Shown: positions 12,246 to 23,951 of the stretch, piece after piece
Layout of the letters: every line of letters begins with the position of its first letter
Position numbering within the stretch: the stretch's first letter is position 1
Notes under the pieces: generated by a model
Told to the model about the DNA's origin: nothing
What the model saw: only the letters and a program-made list of their open reading frames with translations
Database searches by the model: none
Translations under genes and position numbers: made by a program
Source: Fimicolochytrium jonesii
Taxonomy: Eukaryota
Length of the DNA: 64,000 nucleotides
Direction: 5' to 3'
NCBI RefSeq assembly: GCF_025526975.1
Contig: NW_026515675.1
Location: forward strand, 248,001-312,000

Positions 12246-13477
12246 ATGGTATCCGCAACCCTCGTCTCCCCCGGCGACGCCGTCCTCCTTGTCGGCAACC
12301 CCGTCGCACAAGCCGCCGACCTCCAAAAAGCCCAGCAAGACCTGCTCTCCCTCGTAACCCCAACCGGCAAAGTCGTCTTTGAGCAGCTCGACCGTCTGCC
12401 ACACATTACCCTCCCCAAAACCACATTCAACGCCGCGGTCTCGGGAACATCGGCTATCCAGCCCGCTGCATTCCCGCACCCGGACGCTGCACTCGCTAAA
12501 CTGTCAAGTGCTTTGAAACCGAATGGAGTGCTGTACCTCCGTGAACCGGTCCTGGTCGATTCAGCCGCGGCGGCTACGGTGACAAAGACAGAGGCGTTAC
12601 GGGTGCCTACGCGGACGGTAGCCGGTCTCCTCTCTGCGCTCAAGCTCGCCGGGTTCGTCGACACGCAGATCGTCAGCGAGAGTGCTTTGGAGGACGAGAA
12701 AGTCGCGGCGTATACAATGTCGTGCTGGGGCGTCACGCCTGGGGAAGTACCCGGTGTGAGCGAGTACTTGAGGGGGAAGGTGGTGATGGTGGAGGTGACG
12801 GCGCGCAAGCCGGGATATGAGGTTGGGGCGGCTGCTGTGCTATCCTTTGGGAAGAAGAAGGCTGCTGCTACGGATGGTGTGAATGGTGTGAATGGTGTGA
12901 ATGGTGCAAATGGAGTGAAACCGCAACCGACGAAACAGGCGGTGTGGACGGTATCCGCAAACGACGACGATGAGGATGAGGAGCATGAGTTGGAGGATGA
13001 GGATGCGTTGTTGGATGAGGAGGATCTCAAGATCCCAACCAAACTCGGTTCGTATCCCTATCCCTTCCCTTCATCATCTCGAACCCATTGAACCAACCCC
13101 CTCTATGTTGTTCCACAGCCCCAGAAGACTGCGCCCCACCATCAACAGGCGGCAAAAAAAAGGCTTGCAAGAACTGCACCTGCGGCCTAGCCGACGAGGA
13201 AGAGGCCGAGGCCGCTGATGAGGAGAAGGCGAAGGTCGTGGTTGTCACCCCGGCGAAGAAGGCTGCGACTGCGCCGGCTTCTTCTTGTGGGAGTGTAAGT
13301 GGACGAAGAGAGAGATTGGGGATTATATGGGATTCTCACACATTGCCTTTTTTGTAGTGCTATCTAGGTGATGCTTTCAGATGCAGTAGCTGCCCATACC
13401 TCGGCATGCCGGCTTTCAAGCCGGGCGAGAAGGTCGTCTTGGCTGGAAACCTCCTGAAGGATGATCTCGAGCTTTAA
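12246..13477 (+). CDS. DRE2: Fe-S cluster assembly protein Dre2/anamorsin (2 introns)
   Basis: N-terminal methyltransferase-like fold (ALKPNGVL), acidic linker, motif [12 protein letters not shown], motif [33 protein letters not shown]. Stop TAA at 13475-13477. Contains an (NGV)n 9-bp coding repeat at about 12872-12917. Confidence 0.95.
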
Positions 13478-14304
13478 GGCCCTGACAAAAGCGGAATGTA
13501 CAACATGGCACACATGGGTGGAAATCAGGAGAGTTGGAGGATTGTGGGAGCGCGGTGTGTCGTGGGATGGGTGCATCGGGGCTGAAATGCGTAGTCTGAT
13601 GTGAGATAGGGACACACCCGGATCGGCCGTTCGTTTGGCTCGCACCAACACCACCCTTAGTGTGGATCCAACGTATTGGGACTCACTGCGGCGGATGCGG
13701 ATTCATAGCATCACCCCATTAGAATCACCACACGACACTGAAAGCATCAGATCTCCCGCGTCTAAAGTTTCTCGGAACGGCAAGAGCACACATGTAGGAA
13801 TAGGTCATCAAGAAGCGTAGTGGTTTACGGAATTCCATTTTTGTATCGTAGTGATGTGTATGGGTCAATATATACGCCCCGCATGGTGGGCCCCGCATGG
13901 TGGTAAACATTCCTGGGTTATGCATCCGCTTATCTACATCCCCTCGCTCCCCTCGCTTGGTACAGCGGGTATTCGGTTTGTAGGGTCGACCGACCGTCTC
14001 ACGCACATCCGCCCCCCGCCTCCCCCCTCACCCCAAAAAAAACTCTTTTGATTCCTTCTCTTGATTCCTGCACATCCTTTCTTTCATCCTCAGGCATCCC
14101 CCCTCTCGAAGATCCTACTTCTCGAACCGCAGTAGAACGGACAACTCGATGGAGACCTCCGTCGCTCTATTAAGCAGCCCCCACCGCTCCACCACGAAAA
14201 GTCCCCTCGCATCGTCATCCTCGCACGAATCCCTTCCCCAATCCCTTCCTCTACACCCCACCACCTCGCATCCATGCCCAACCCCCCTCATCCCTCCTCA
14301 CACC

Positions 14305-14973
14305 CTAACAATCCAAGAAATCAGCAGCCATAAGCAACTCCAGCGAAATCTCTGGCGCGATCGGGAATAAAGGGATCTCGGCCGTCGTGTTGGTGTAGCG
14401 CACTTTGTAGTACAGGTACTTGCACACTTCTTCGAGTATTATTGCTCTGTGGGTGAGAGATCGGTTAGGAGGGGAAAGGGGAGAGGGGGGGGGGGGGGGG
14501 GGGGGACAGGGGGTGGGGAATTTACTTGATGTCTCGGAAATGGACTGTGTTTTGGACGGATTCGGTGAATTGGCCTGGGTGGGGTTGGCAGTAGACTGGC
14601 GTTAGGGGGGGATCTCAGACGAAGAAGAGGGAGCTTGGCCGATTGGAATCATAGCCGGTATACATGTTCCCACCTCTCCCATCATCACCACATGATCGTC
14701 ACCGCAGAACTGTTCCACCGTTCCGCTTTGACCCAAGCCCACAAACACTCCCCACGCAGCACGGTGAAAAAGCTACGTTCCCTTCCCGATCCCTCCGAAG
14801 TGTCTTGTGGGAGCACCACCACGTCGCTATGGGATTGTTTCGTCTAGCATACCTGGACTAGAAAGCATGTTCTTGATGGTGCCGGAAGCCATCGCGCATT
14901 TCCGGTCGATGATGAATTCAAAGTTGTCGGAGCTGACTAGCTTCACTGTTTCTGTTACGGATGTGTCTGACAT
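14305..14973 (-). CDS. ELC1: Elongin C; exons 14973-14853, 14574-14526, 14446-14305 (103 aa)
   Basis: Manual splicing gives [103 protein letters not shown], a close match to Elongin C. TATA-like GCTATAAAAG on the minus strand at about 15341-15350. Confidence 0.95.
14485..14505. repeat. G21 homopolymer (poly-C on the sense strand) in ELC1 intron 2
   Basis: Direct reading: 21 consecutive G. Confidence 0.85.
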
Positions 14974-15819
14974 CTTTGCGTTTACGTTGGTCGGATGGTT
15001 TGGAGTGCGGGTGGGATGATTTTGGCAATTTTCAAGAATGAGACGAGAGACGCGAGGTTGCTCTGGGTTTCCATTCGTCGGTGATTCGTCGGGGCAGGGA
15101 AAGAGGTCGCGACAACCATACAGCAGGCAAGCACCAAGGTGCTTCCAGCCACATCCTCACCGAATCCATAGCAATGCATTGTCGAGAAAGGAGCAAGGGG
15201 TCCAGATAGCATAGCGGGAGCTCGCACTTACCTTCTTAATTAGAGCACTTACATTATCGAGCACACACCTTACTGTAGGAGTTGTACCCAAACTTTGGAT
15301 GAGAAAGAGATCGGAAGGAGGGTGGGAGCCAGGGCGGGCTCTTTTATAGCCAGCGGGGAGGGGCTGGCGTTTGAAGTGCTGCATGTGCCTGGCCAGGCCA
15401 GAGGGCCAGACTCAGGCGCAAGACGGGAATCGTCGACAAAAAGTGGAGAACAAGAAGGTTGCGCCGCGTTTTCTCCTACTAATGTAACGCGTGTCAGCTG
15501 GAACCTCCGTTGAGGAGGATCCCTCTTGATCCTTTCTTGCGGGCCCGATCCCCGGCCTGGCTCTGGTGAACTAATGCCCCCAAGCGTATTGCTAGAACGC
15601 AAAAGATGATGCACACCCGGTTCCTTGACGCGTTCTTGACGCGTCTTCCCAGGTTATTGATGAAGCCTTGGAAGGAGGAATGGAATCACGTCCAATTTTT
15701 CGATGATTTCGCTTAATTAGGTCTATCATTCTCGCAGAATATATACAGTCTAGTCTACTAACCCCAAACCTCACGCCGTGATGATGTGGTTGACTCGGGC
15801 ATCAGTTACGAAACCTATG

Positions 15820-17468
15820 CTAAGCACTCTTAGGCGCAGCCTCACCCGCCATCGCAGCCTCAGCAGCACCAGCCGCCTTCTTCCCCACCTTCCCACTCTC
15901 CGCCAACCCCGCCAACGTCCTCGTTATCCTAATCATGCTCTCAATCTCATGCTCCTTGGCGGGTCCATGGGCCTGCCACCGTATCCGCCCCTGTCTATCA
16001 ACGAGGTTAGCCCAGCCCAGTACGTTGTTGGTCATCCCGGCCGCGCGCCGGGCTGCGATGATGGGCTTGTAGTGGAGGAGGTAGGTTGACTGTACGAACG
16101 GGGGGGATACACATCCGGTTAGATCGTCTCCAAGAAGACAGGTTTATGTGGTTCACAAGCGTACCTGTCGCTCCTTGGGGACGCTCCGTCTGACCAACGG
16201 GGTCATCAACTTCAAGACGGGCGCTTTCAGCCAGTTCTCTTCCACGTTCAGCTGCACCACCTGCAAGTTTGGTTGATCTGCGAATGCTGCAAGGAACGGA
16301 TCTATGTAGGTTTTGACGTGGCCCTACAGGATCGAAGAATGGGTTGTTGATTGTGTGCATGGTAACCAAGCAGGTCAGGGAGCGACCGACATACCTCTCC
16401 CAAAGCTGAAAACATGAATGTGACCAGCGAGACTTGTTTTGTCTTGACCAGCGTGAGCACGTCCGTCTCCTCGCCTGTCAGCGTTTTCGAAAGTGGGTTG
16501 GGAACTTGCGGGCTCATCTGTGTGTATGACGCTTGTCAGTGCATGCTTTCGGAAGAGATGCCCATGAACAGCAACGAGTCTCTACTTACGTTTGGGGCCC
16601 GCGCCCTTTTTGGGGCTTCCCACAGCTTTGCTCCTTTCCTAGCCGCCTCTGCAAATATGACCTATTCATGAGGGGAACCGCTTCCTCGTTTCGCAAACAG
16701 GCATAGTTTCTCCCTACCTTTCAGATCATCCCAATATCCCTCTCTGAACGCCTGCTTCAATCTGCAATATCAAATCCGCAATCAGCACCTCTAGCCCTAT
16801 TCTTCTCTCGACATTCCATCTCCCCATCGCTTCCAACACCTACAGCTCATCTCTTTCCTTCAAATTCGCGTCCAGATCCAGGAAAGTATCCATACGCTTC
16901 TGCATCGTCGGCGAAACACGAGTAGACTGTCCCGCAGCCCGTTTCGCCTGCTGGGCCTCCTCAAGCTCTCGACGCTGGGCTGTAAGCCTCTCGTCGATGT
17001 TGGATAAGAATCCGGGCCTAATTTCCCATTGTGAGTGATCCAACGCTTTATACCAAACATGCGCCATTCGCCATACTTCTTCTTCTCTTGCTCCCCAGTA
17101 GGTCCCGCCGCTCCCAGATCGAGGTCCTGTATCCCCTTCGCAGCCTCCGCTTCCTTCTGCTTCCTCGAGTTCTCGAGCTCCTCCACCTCGCTCCTCAGCT
17201 TGGCTGCGAACCGTTGTAAAAGATTGCCCGTGTCCGGCTTCGGTGGTGGTTCTATTGGGCTTTCAGGCGCCGGCGGTTCAGTGCCGGGCGAGGATGATGG
17301 TGTTGAGGGCGGCATCGGGGGTAGTTGCGGTTTTGGTGGTTGTTGTGTTGATCTGAAGCGGGTGGACGTGACTGTCGCCGGGTGACGATACAGACATCCT
17401 TTGAACACGAGTGAGGGACGAGCCGCCCCTGCGACGGCGCACAGCGTTGCTCTCCTTGTTGAAGTCAT
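15820..17468 (-). CDS. ATP10: Mitochondrial ATP synthase assembly factor Atp10, multi-exon
   Basis: Presequence MTSTRRATLCAVAG..., MSPQVPNPLSKTLTG...VSLVTFMFS segment, and C-terminal NNVLGWANLVDRQGRIRWQAHGPA typical of Atp10. Confidence 0.85.
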
Positions 17469-17719
17469 TGCTGATTTTGTTGCACGCTGTTGGGATAAAC
17501 GTGAACGTTGAGGCCATTTCCGACGTTTCCGACGGCGCTTATAGCAGCGGGACGCCGAACCCCGATCACGTGGACGAAATAAACTCCTCTCGCGTTGCCC
17601 AAAATATTTCTGCTGTCCGTCCACCCACCCGCAACAACTGCTGCAACTGCAAAGCTTGTGTGTGAGCGCAACCCCTCCAGAAACAGCACAGCGACACCGA
17701 CCAGCCAGCAGCACTCACA

Positions 17720-19340
17720 ATGACAGCCGCAAGCGTCGCTTTCTTTTCCGGGGACCAGTCCGCTCTCGAACTCGCCAGCTACATTGCTACCGCAAAGGGC
17801 GAGGCTGACAACACCGGCCCCTTCTACGAATCGGCGAAGAAGCTGTTGGCAGAGGAGAAGTACACCGAGGTCTTGACGCAGTTCGCCAGTGAGAGCAAGA
17901 CGCTTTTGGGCGCTTCTGAGAAAGGTGGGTGTCGCCTTTGGACCGGGGCGCGGGAGGAGAGGCCGAATCGATGGACAATGGAAAATCGGAATGTCTGGAG
18001 ACTGTGATCTACCGAACATTCACATACTGGGCGGGCTATCAGTGGGGTTCGGGATAGCCGATTGGGAAGTATCAGGGCTCGACAATCCAAAGCGAACGAG
18101 AACTCACGAAAATGCCCTTCTTATCCAGACTTTGAGCCATTATACAACCTCCTGTTTGCCCTGATAAAAGATGCTCAACCCGACATTATCCCCGAACTTG
18201 TGAAGAAGATCACTGAGCCCATTGTGAGCAGCGGAATAGAAAAGGCCCACCTGAAGTTGAAAGTGTGAGTTTGATTGGAACCTAGCCCAGGTCTGCGCAC
18301 GCGTTTCCAGACACTCACATCATGACCAATGCAGTCTTTCCAACCTATACAACAACCTCGAATCAAAGTCCTCCGCCCGCTACACCGTTTTCGTCGCCAT
18401 AGTTAACGTCGCCGCACAAAGTGATGAACTGGAGATCATCACACCTCATCTGGCATCTCTGGATTCATGGTTGGCGGAGTGGGGAACTGGTGCTGATGAG
18501 AAGAGGGCATTGTACCTTTTGATCAGCAAGAAGCTGGAGGAGAGCGGGTCTGCGTGAGTTGACAGACTGAAGTTTCGTCCGTCGAAGATGGGCTCCAGCG
18601 TACTGACAGGCGATGGCGCTCAATAGGGATAAGGAATGCTACCAGTTCCTCTTGAAGTACCTGTCGACATTCGACGGAGCATCCGCGGAAGCAAAGCCAT
18701 ACGCTCTCCAGGCCATCAAATCCGCAATCAAGATCCCAGGCGTCCTTGCGTTCGACGACTTGTCCAACTTGGACACTGTGAAGGCGCTCGCTGGCTCCAA
18801 TCATCTGGAGTTCCTGAAGATCTTCTCTGAGGGCGATTTGAAGCAGTACCAGGAGTTTGTCAAGAAGAACCCCAAGATCGTTAGCGAGCTTGGTAAGCTA
18901 CCCTACACCTGGAACATAGTTCATCAAATGGAGAGCTCTAACTCCTGCATGGTTTCCCTTTCCCAGACCTAAACGAAGAAGACAACCTCACCAAAATGCG
19001 TCTCCTCACCCTCGCCTCCCTCTCCGCCACCCACGTGCACTCATCCGTCTCCTACACCACCATCTCCACCGCCCTCTCCATCCCCGAAGACGACGTTGAG
19101 ATCTGGGTGATCAACACCATCCGCGCCGGGCTCGTGGACGCCAAGATGAACCAACTGGACCGCTCCGTCGTGATTTCACGATCTGTGCACCGGTCCTTTG
19201 GCGAACAGGAGTGGAAAAGCTTGGGGCAGAAGCTGGAGGCTTGGAAGGTAGAATTGAAGGAGGTGTTGACGGTTATTGGGAACGCGAAGCTGTTGGCGGG
19301 GAGTAATGGGGCGACTGTTGAGGCTGTTATTCAGCAGTAG
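17720..19340 (+). CDS. EIF3M: Translation initiation factor 3 subunit M (PCI domain), multi-exon
   Basis: DFEPLYNLL segment, FDDLSNLDTVKAL, and PCI winged helix KMRLLTLASL...VEIWVINTIRAGLVDAKMNQ...HRSFGEQEW. Confidence 0.92.
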
Positions 19341-19807
19341 ATGGGGTCCAACACCACCCGTATCTCGAATACAACCCACCTCTGGGGTATCGAGACCACC
19401 CTGACCTTAGCATAGCTAGATTATTCCGGCTTCCCTCACACACACACGCACCGCCCTTCCTCCGTTCCCCCCATCTATTTAGATATTTTTCTTTTCGGTA
19501 GTCGAGAGAATACATGTACTTAGAACGCAACCCGCTTCGTTCGCCAGTGATCTCATCTCCGTGTTCCGCCCGCGTCGGGTGCTCCCTTCATAACGAGCGA
19601 CTCGTTCGCTACGCTGGGATTTCATAGGTGACATCTATGTCTCGTGGCAAGACCTGGACAATTCGAGAACAGATTGCTGGGTCTCTAGCGGATACACTCA
19701 CAAGCTTCTCTACTGTCTGTATGTACACGCTATCCCTTTTCTCTACGGGGTCTATGAAAAAGGGGTATCGGCGGGGGCGGAGGGCAGAGGAGGCGCGGGA
19801 ACACGTT

Positions 19808-21430
19808 TTAGCGCAACTCGACGCCCAGTTTCTCCTCGGCTAATCGGCGGACCTGGTCTTGGATTTGGTCGACTTCCTCGTTTGTGCATGTTCTGTGAAA
19901 GGGGACGCAAAGCGGGGTTGGGATACGTGACGAATGAGAGATAAGAGGGAGAATGGTTGCTGGGATTACCTGTCCATGGATCTGTAGTTGATGCGGAAGC
20001 AGCGGCTGGTTTTTTTGGTTTTGGGGTGTTGGAATTTATCGATCTGGGTTGATGACAGGGTCAGTGTTGCATTGGTTTCAGACGTCCACTGATATCCAGA
20101 CACATACCAGCTTAACATCCTCCGCCATATCCCCCGCGACATCTCTCACAATGTCCGCAAAATCATTATCATGGAACCCATCGGGGCACCAAAATGAGAT
20201 ATCCTTATAACAGACCGGAAACTTCGAAAACGGCTGAAACTTGACAATGTCGCCCGCCTTGAACTGGTTCAGGAACCGTTCGTCGCGCGACCAGAACAAT
20301 CGGATGTCGGGTATATCAAACATCACCATCGCGATGCGTTCGAGGCCGAGTCCGAACGCCCACCCGACCCGGTCGGCGTTGTTGGATGAGTCAAGGATAG
20401 ATTGCTGGATGACGCCGCAGCCGAGGAGTTCGAGCCATTGGCCCCGGTAGAGGACTTCCATCTCCCACGAGGGGGAGGTGAAGGGGAAGTAAGCCTCGAT
20501 CCAGCGGATTTGGAGGTCGGGGTCTTCGCGGAAGAGGGAGCGGACCATGGATTCGAGGGAGGTGCGGAGGTGCAGGTCGACGAGGAGCGCGTCGGTGCGA
20601 GTGTGGGCGGGTTGGATCGGGTTGGTGGGGGAGAGGACGGCGCCTTGGATTGATGATGACGATGATGATGACGATGATCCAGAGTCTTTCATTACAGGAT
20701 CCTGCATAACCTCCCTCTCCAACTCACTCCTACTGAACGTCCTCACGCCCTCCATCTGATGAAACACCGGATAATGGCTCACATCAATCTCATCCCGTCG
20801 ATACACATCCGCCGTCAACAAGAACGCCTCATCCTCCCTCCTCCGCAGCACCTCGGCCTGATGCGCGCTCGTATGCGTCCTCAGCACCTGGTTCGCATTC
20901 ACATAGTACGTGTCCGTGGCCGCGCGGCCGATGTGGTCCGGAGGGAAGAGGAGGGAGTCAAAGTTCTGCTGGGTGGTGACGACGGGGTCGAGGGAGTCGA
21001 TGGGGGTGAAGGAGGGAAAGTGGGACTCGATGCGGCGTTTGAGGATGTTGATGGGGTGGTTGGGTTGCAGGTGTAGGCGGCGGTCGGTTTTGGAGATGAT
21101 TGTAGGGGTGACGTTGGTGTGGGCGTGGCGGGTGTAGGGGCGGCCGAGGATTGTGAACTTGTTGGGGAGGGCTTTGAGGTCGGGTTTTGGAGGCGATGGT
21201 GGGTGGTGTGGTGAGGCGGAGTCCTGCAGGGTAGCGGCGGGAGTGCTGAGGAAGCGACGTGGGGATGAGAGGTAGGGCAAGTAGGACGCTATTGGGGGAG
21301 GGCTACCGGTGTTCGTCGGCGGATGGCGAGCGGAACATAAAGCCCTGACATTACGGCAGCACCCGGTGCGCACGTTTGCGGCCAACGGAGCTGCTGCCAT
21401 GGCCGTTCTGCGACATACGGGCCGCAGCAT
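19808..21430 (-). CDS. MSF1: Mitochondrial phenylalanyl-tRNA synthetase
   Basis: LRTHTSAHQ, DVYRRDEIDVSHYPVFHQMEG, YFPFTSPSWEME, GWAFGLGLERIAM and the anticodon-binding domain (PVCYKDISFW...GVELR*). Two 3' introns. Confidence 0.95.
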
Positions 21431-21712
21431 TTTGCTCTGGTCAGAGTGTGTGAGAGGGTATCTGCGGGAGCGATGTTGCTCAGCCCATGCGCTGTTGCTC
21501 GGAAGGCTCGGAAGGAAAGCTGGAAGGAAAGAGCGCACCCTCCTCCTGCGATCGCTGCGCTTTTGGGCCCTCCGCCAGAAGTTGAACGAACGCGTCGTCC
21601 AGGGCTTGTTCGTGCATCAGCGACCGCTACTACCACAACACCCGGCTCCCCTCCTGCATACGCCTCTCGCTACTTTCCAACCATATATAGGCTTGATACG
21701 TACTCTGTCAAG

Positions 21713-23286
21713 ATGACTTCTAACGATCCGGGCCATATAGGTATGTGCGTACGAGTGGTTTCTTGACCCAAGATGTCTGCGCACGCGAACTCACAAATCA
21801 TCGTTTGGTCCTCCTCTTGGCAGATAACCTGTCACCAGAACAGGAGGAGGTAAGTTGAAAGGCCTCATACTCAGCAGTTTTATCTAAAACCATCTCACTG
21901 AACCCAACCTTCGCTTCATTTCCCGCCCGCAGACCCTCCGCACCTTCTGGATCGACCTCGCAACCTCCCTCTCCAGCCAACCCGACCCAACCACCCTCAC
22001 AGAAGAGCTCTACCTCGCCTGCGCAGAACACAGGCCAGACACGTTTGTTCTTCGCTACCTCAGAGCGCGAAAATGGGATGTCACAAAGGCGGTGGCAATG
22101 ACCGTGGCGACATTAAAATGGCGCCTCGAATTTGGGGTTAATGAGGTGTTGAAGGAGGGTGAACGCGCTTGTGATGTGGCCGATTTGGAGAGTGGGAAGA
22201 GTTATTATGGGAATGGGTCGGATAGAGATGGACGGCCTGTTGCGTAAGTCTGCCGAGCGTTAACGAGGTCGATCAGAGCGAGCGGACCGAGTCCTTTGCG
22301 CCAAAGGCGCAATCCCCCTACGCACGGGTTTTAGCGACCCTCAGCCACCGTCAGATCTTTTGCGAGCGAAGCGAGCACCATATTGCGCCAAAGGCGCAAG
22401 AATCTCCTCACCCAACCTCATCGTTCAACCATCCAACCATCAATCGCTTCGCTTCGCAAGTTCAACGGACTCATCACTCATCACTCATCACTCATGTGTG
22501 AACATCTCTCCCTACACAGCTACATCCACGTAGCCCTGCACGACAAAAACACCGTGAACCACGACCTCGGCAAGAACCAAATAGTCCTCACCCTCGAAAC
22601 CGGCCGCCTACTCCTGCAGCCCCCACAAGAAATGGCCACAATCGTCTTCGACCTAACCAATTTCGGAATGAAGAACATGGACTACGAGTTCCTCAAATTC
22701 CTTCTTCAATGCATGCAAGATTTCTACCCGGAATCGCTCGGCAAAGCGCTCGTCGTCAACGCACCGTGGGTGTTCAACGGCTGCTGGGTGGTCATCAAAC
22801 CGTGGATCGACCCGGTGGTCGTGTCAAAGATCCAGTTTGTAAAGATGGACGAGTTGCCGGATTTCATTGATTCTGCCAAGTTGCCGCAGGCGTTGGGAGG
22901 GGATGCGGTGGATTATGAATATATTCCGGCGAGCGAGGAGGATGAGAAGGAGTTTAAGAGGTTGAGGGCGGATACGGAGGGGCAGGAGAAGGCGTGGAAG
23001 GGGTTTAGGGGTGCGTATGCGGCGTTTGAGGACGCGACGCGGCTTTGGGCGGGTGGGGACACGGCGAAAGTGGGGGAGAGGAAGAAGGCGGAGAAGGAGT
23101 TGAGGGCGGCGTATGATACGTTGTCGCCATATATCAGGTGAGTCGGTTGACTCGAGAAGGTGTGGGACATCAAAAGACACTGACAGCATCCGATTAATCA
23201 TTCCTCCCCAACGTTATCCCAGAACAAGGACAGAAGCGCATCGTCGAGGCCTGCTAAAAGACCCAGCCTTCCCACCACATGCCTGA
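21713..23286 (+). CDS. CSR1: Sec14/CRAL-TRIO phosphatidylinositol transfer protein (Csr1/Sfh2-like)
   Basis: PGHIGNLSPEQE, PDTFVLRYLRARKWDV, IVFDLTNFGMKNMDY, YPESLG, NAPWVF..CW..IKPWIDPVV.SKI, LSPYIRTRT. Four introns. Confidence 0.85.
22253..22495. repeat. Cluster of GC-rich hairpins and inverted repeats inside the long CSR1 intron
   Basis: TTGCGCCAAAGGCGCAA twice (22296-22312, 22383-22399). TTGCGAGCGAAGCGA (about 22360) and TCGCTTCGCTTCGCAA (22444-22459) are near-inverted copies. (TCATCAC)3 at about 22471-22495. Confidence 0.75.
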
Positions 23287-23951
23287 TTGACAGAGACCTT
23301 CCCACCTCCTGAACCCTCATCCCATCCCATTCCCTACCATGATAAACATCTGTCGAACAAACGCCCGCTGCAACCCTGCGATATCAGACACGTTCCAGCC
23401 CTTTCGTGTACACTGCCTTCCTTTGAAGATCTTTTTCCGGGACTTGCAACATGTAGATGGCTTTTTTTTGGACTCACTATCTGACTGTGCGAGGGTGACA
23501 ACACTATTGGATGTGCATGAGCTACAAATTGTGTGCTGTTGAGGTTTAGATCGGCCTTTGAGACTCGGGAGAGATGGTCAAAATATGGCGTTCTATCCAG
23601 CATGTCCAGCTCATGTGTGCGTCATGCACGCGCTGTCGAATTTCGTTCATTGACAGTTCTTCTAGCCATTCTGCCGATCGATGTGGCCTTCGCCCGAACC
23701 ATGTACAGGAAATTTCGGGTTGGTTCATTTGAATGAAACTTACAGAGTAAGCGCACTCAGAAAAAAGAGGCAAGAGAGGGTAGAAAGAAAAAGACCGGGA
23801 TACATCGCAAAACCATGATGCAACTACTCCTAACAACTACATAGACAGGTAATAGAGACCATTTGCGCTGGAAAATAGGCCCAAAACATACCAGAACTAC
23901 CAAAATGAGTGACCTACACGGAAAGCAGGCACGCGAAGAAAGAGATACCGC

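Noticed and set aside
14612..14695. GTGATGA...CTGA pair in ELC1 intron 1 (possible C/D snoRNA)
   Set aside because: Weak terminal stem and no rRNA-complementary guide that I could recognise; needs snoscan.
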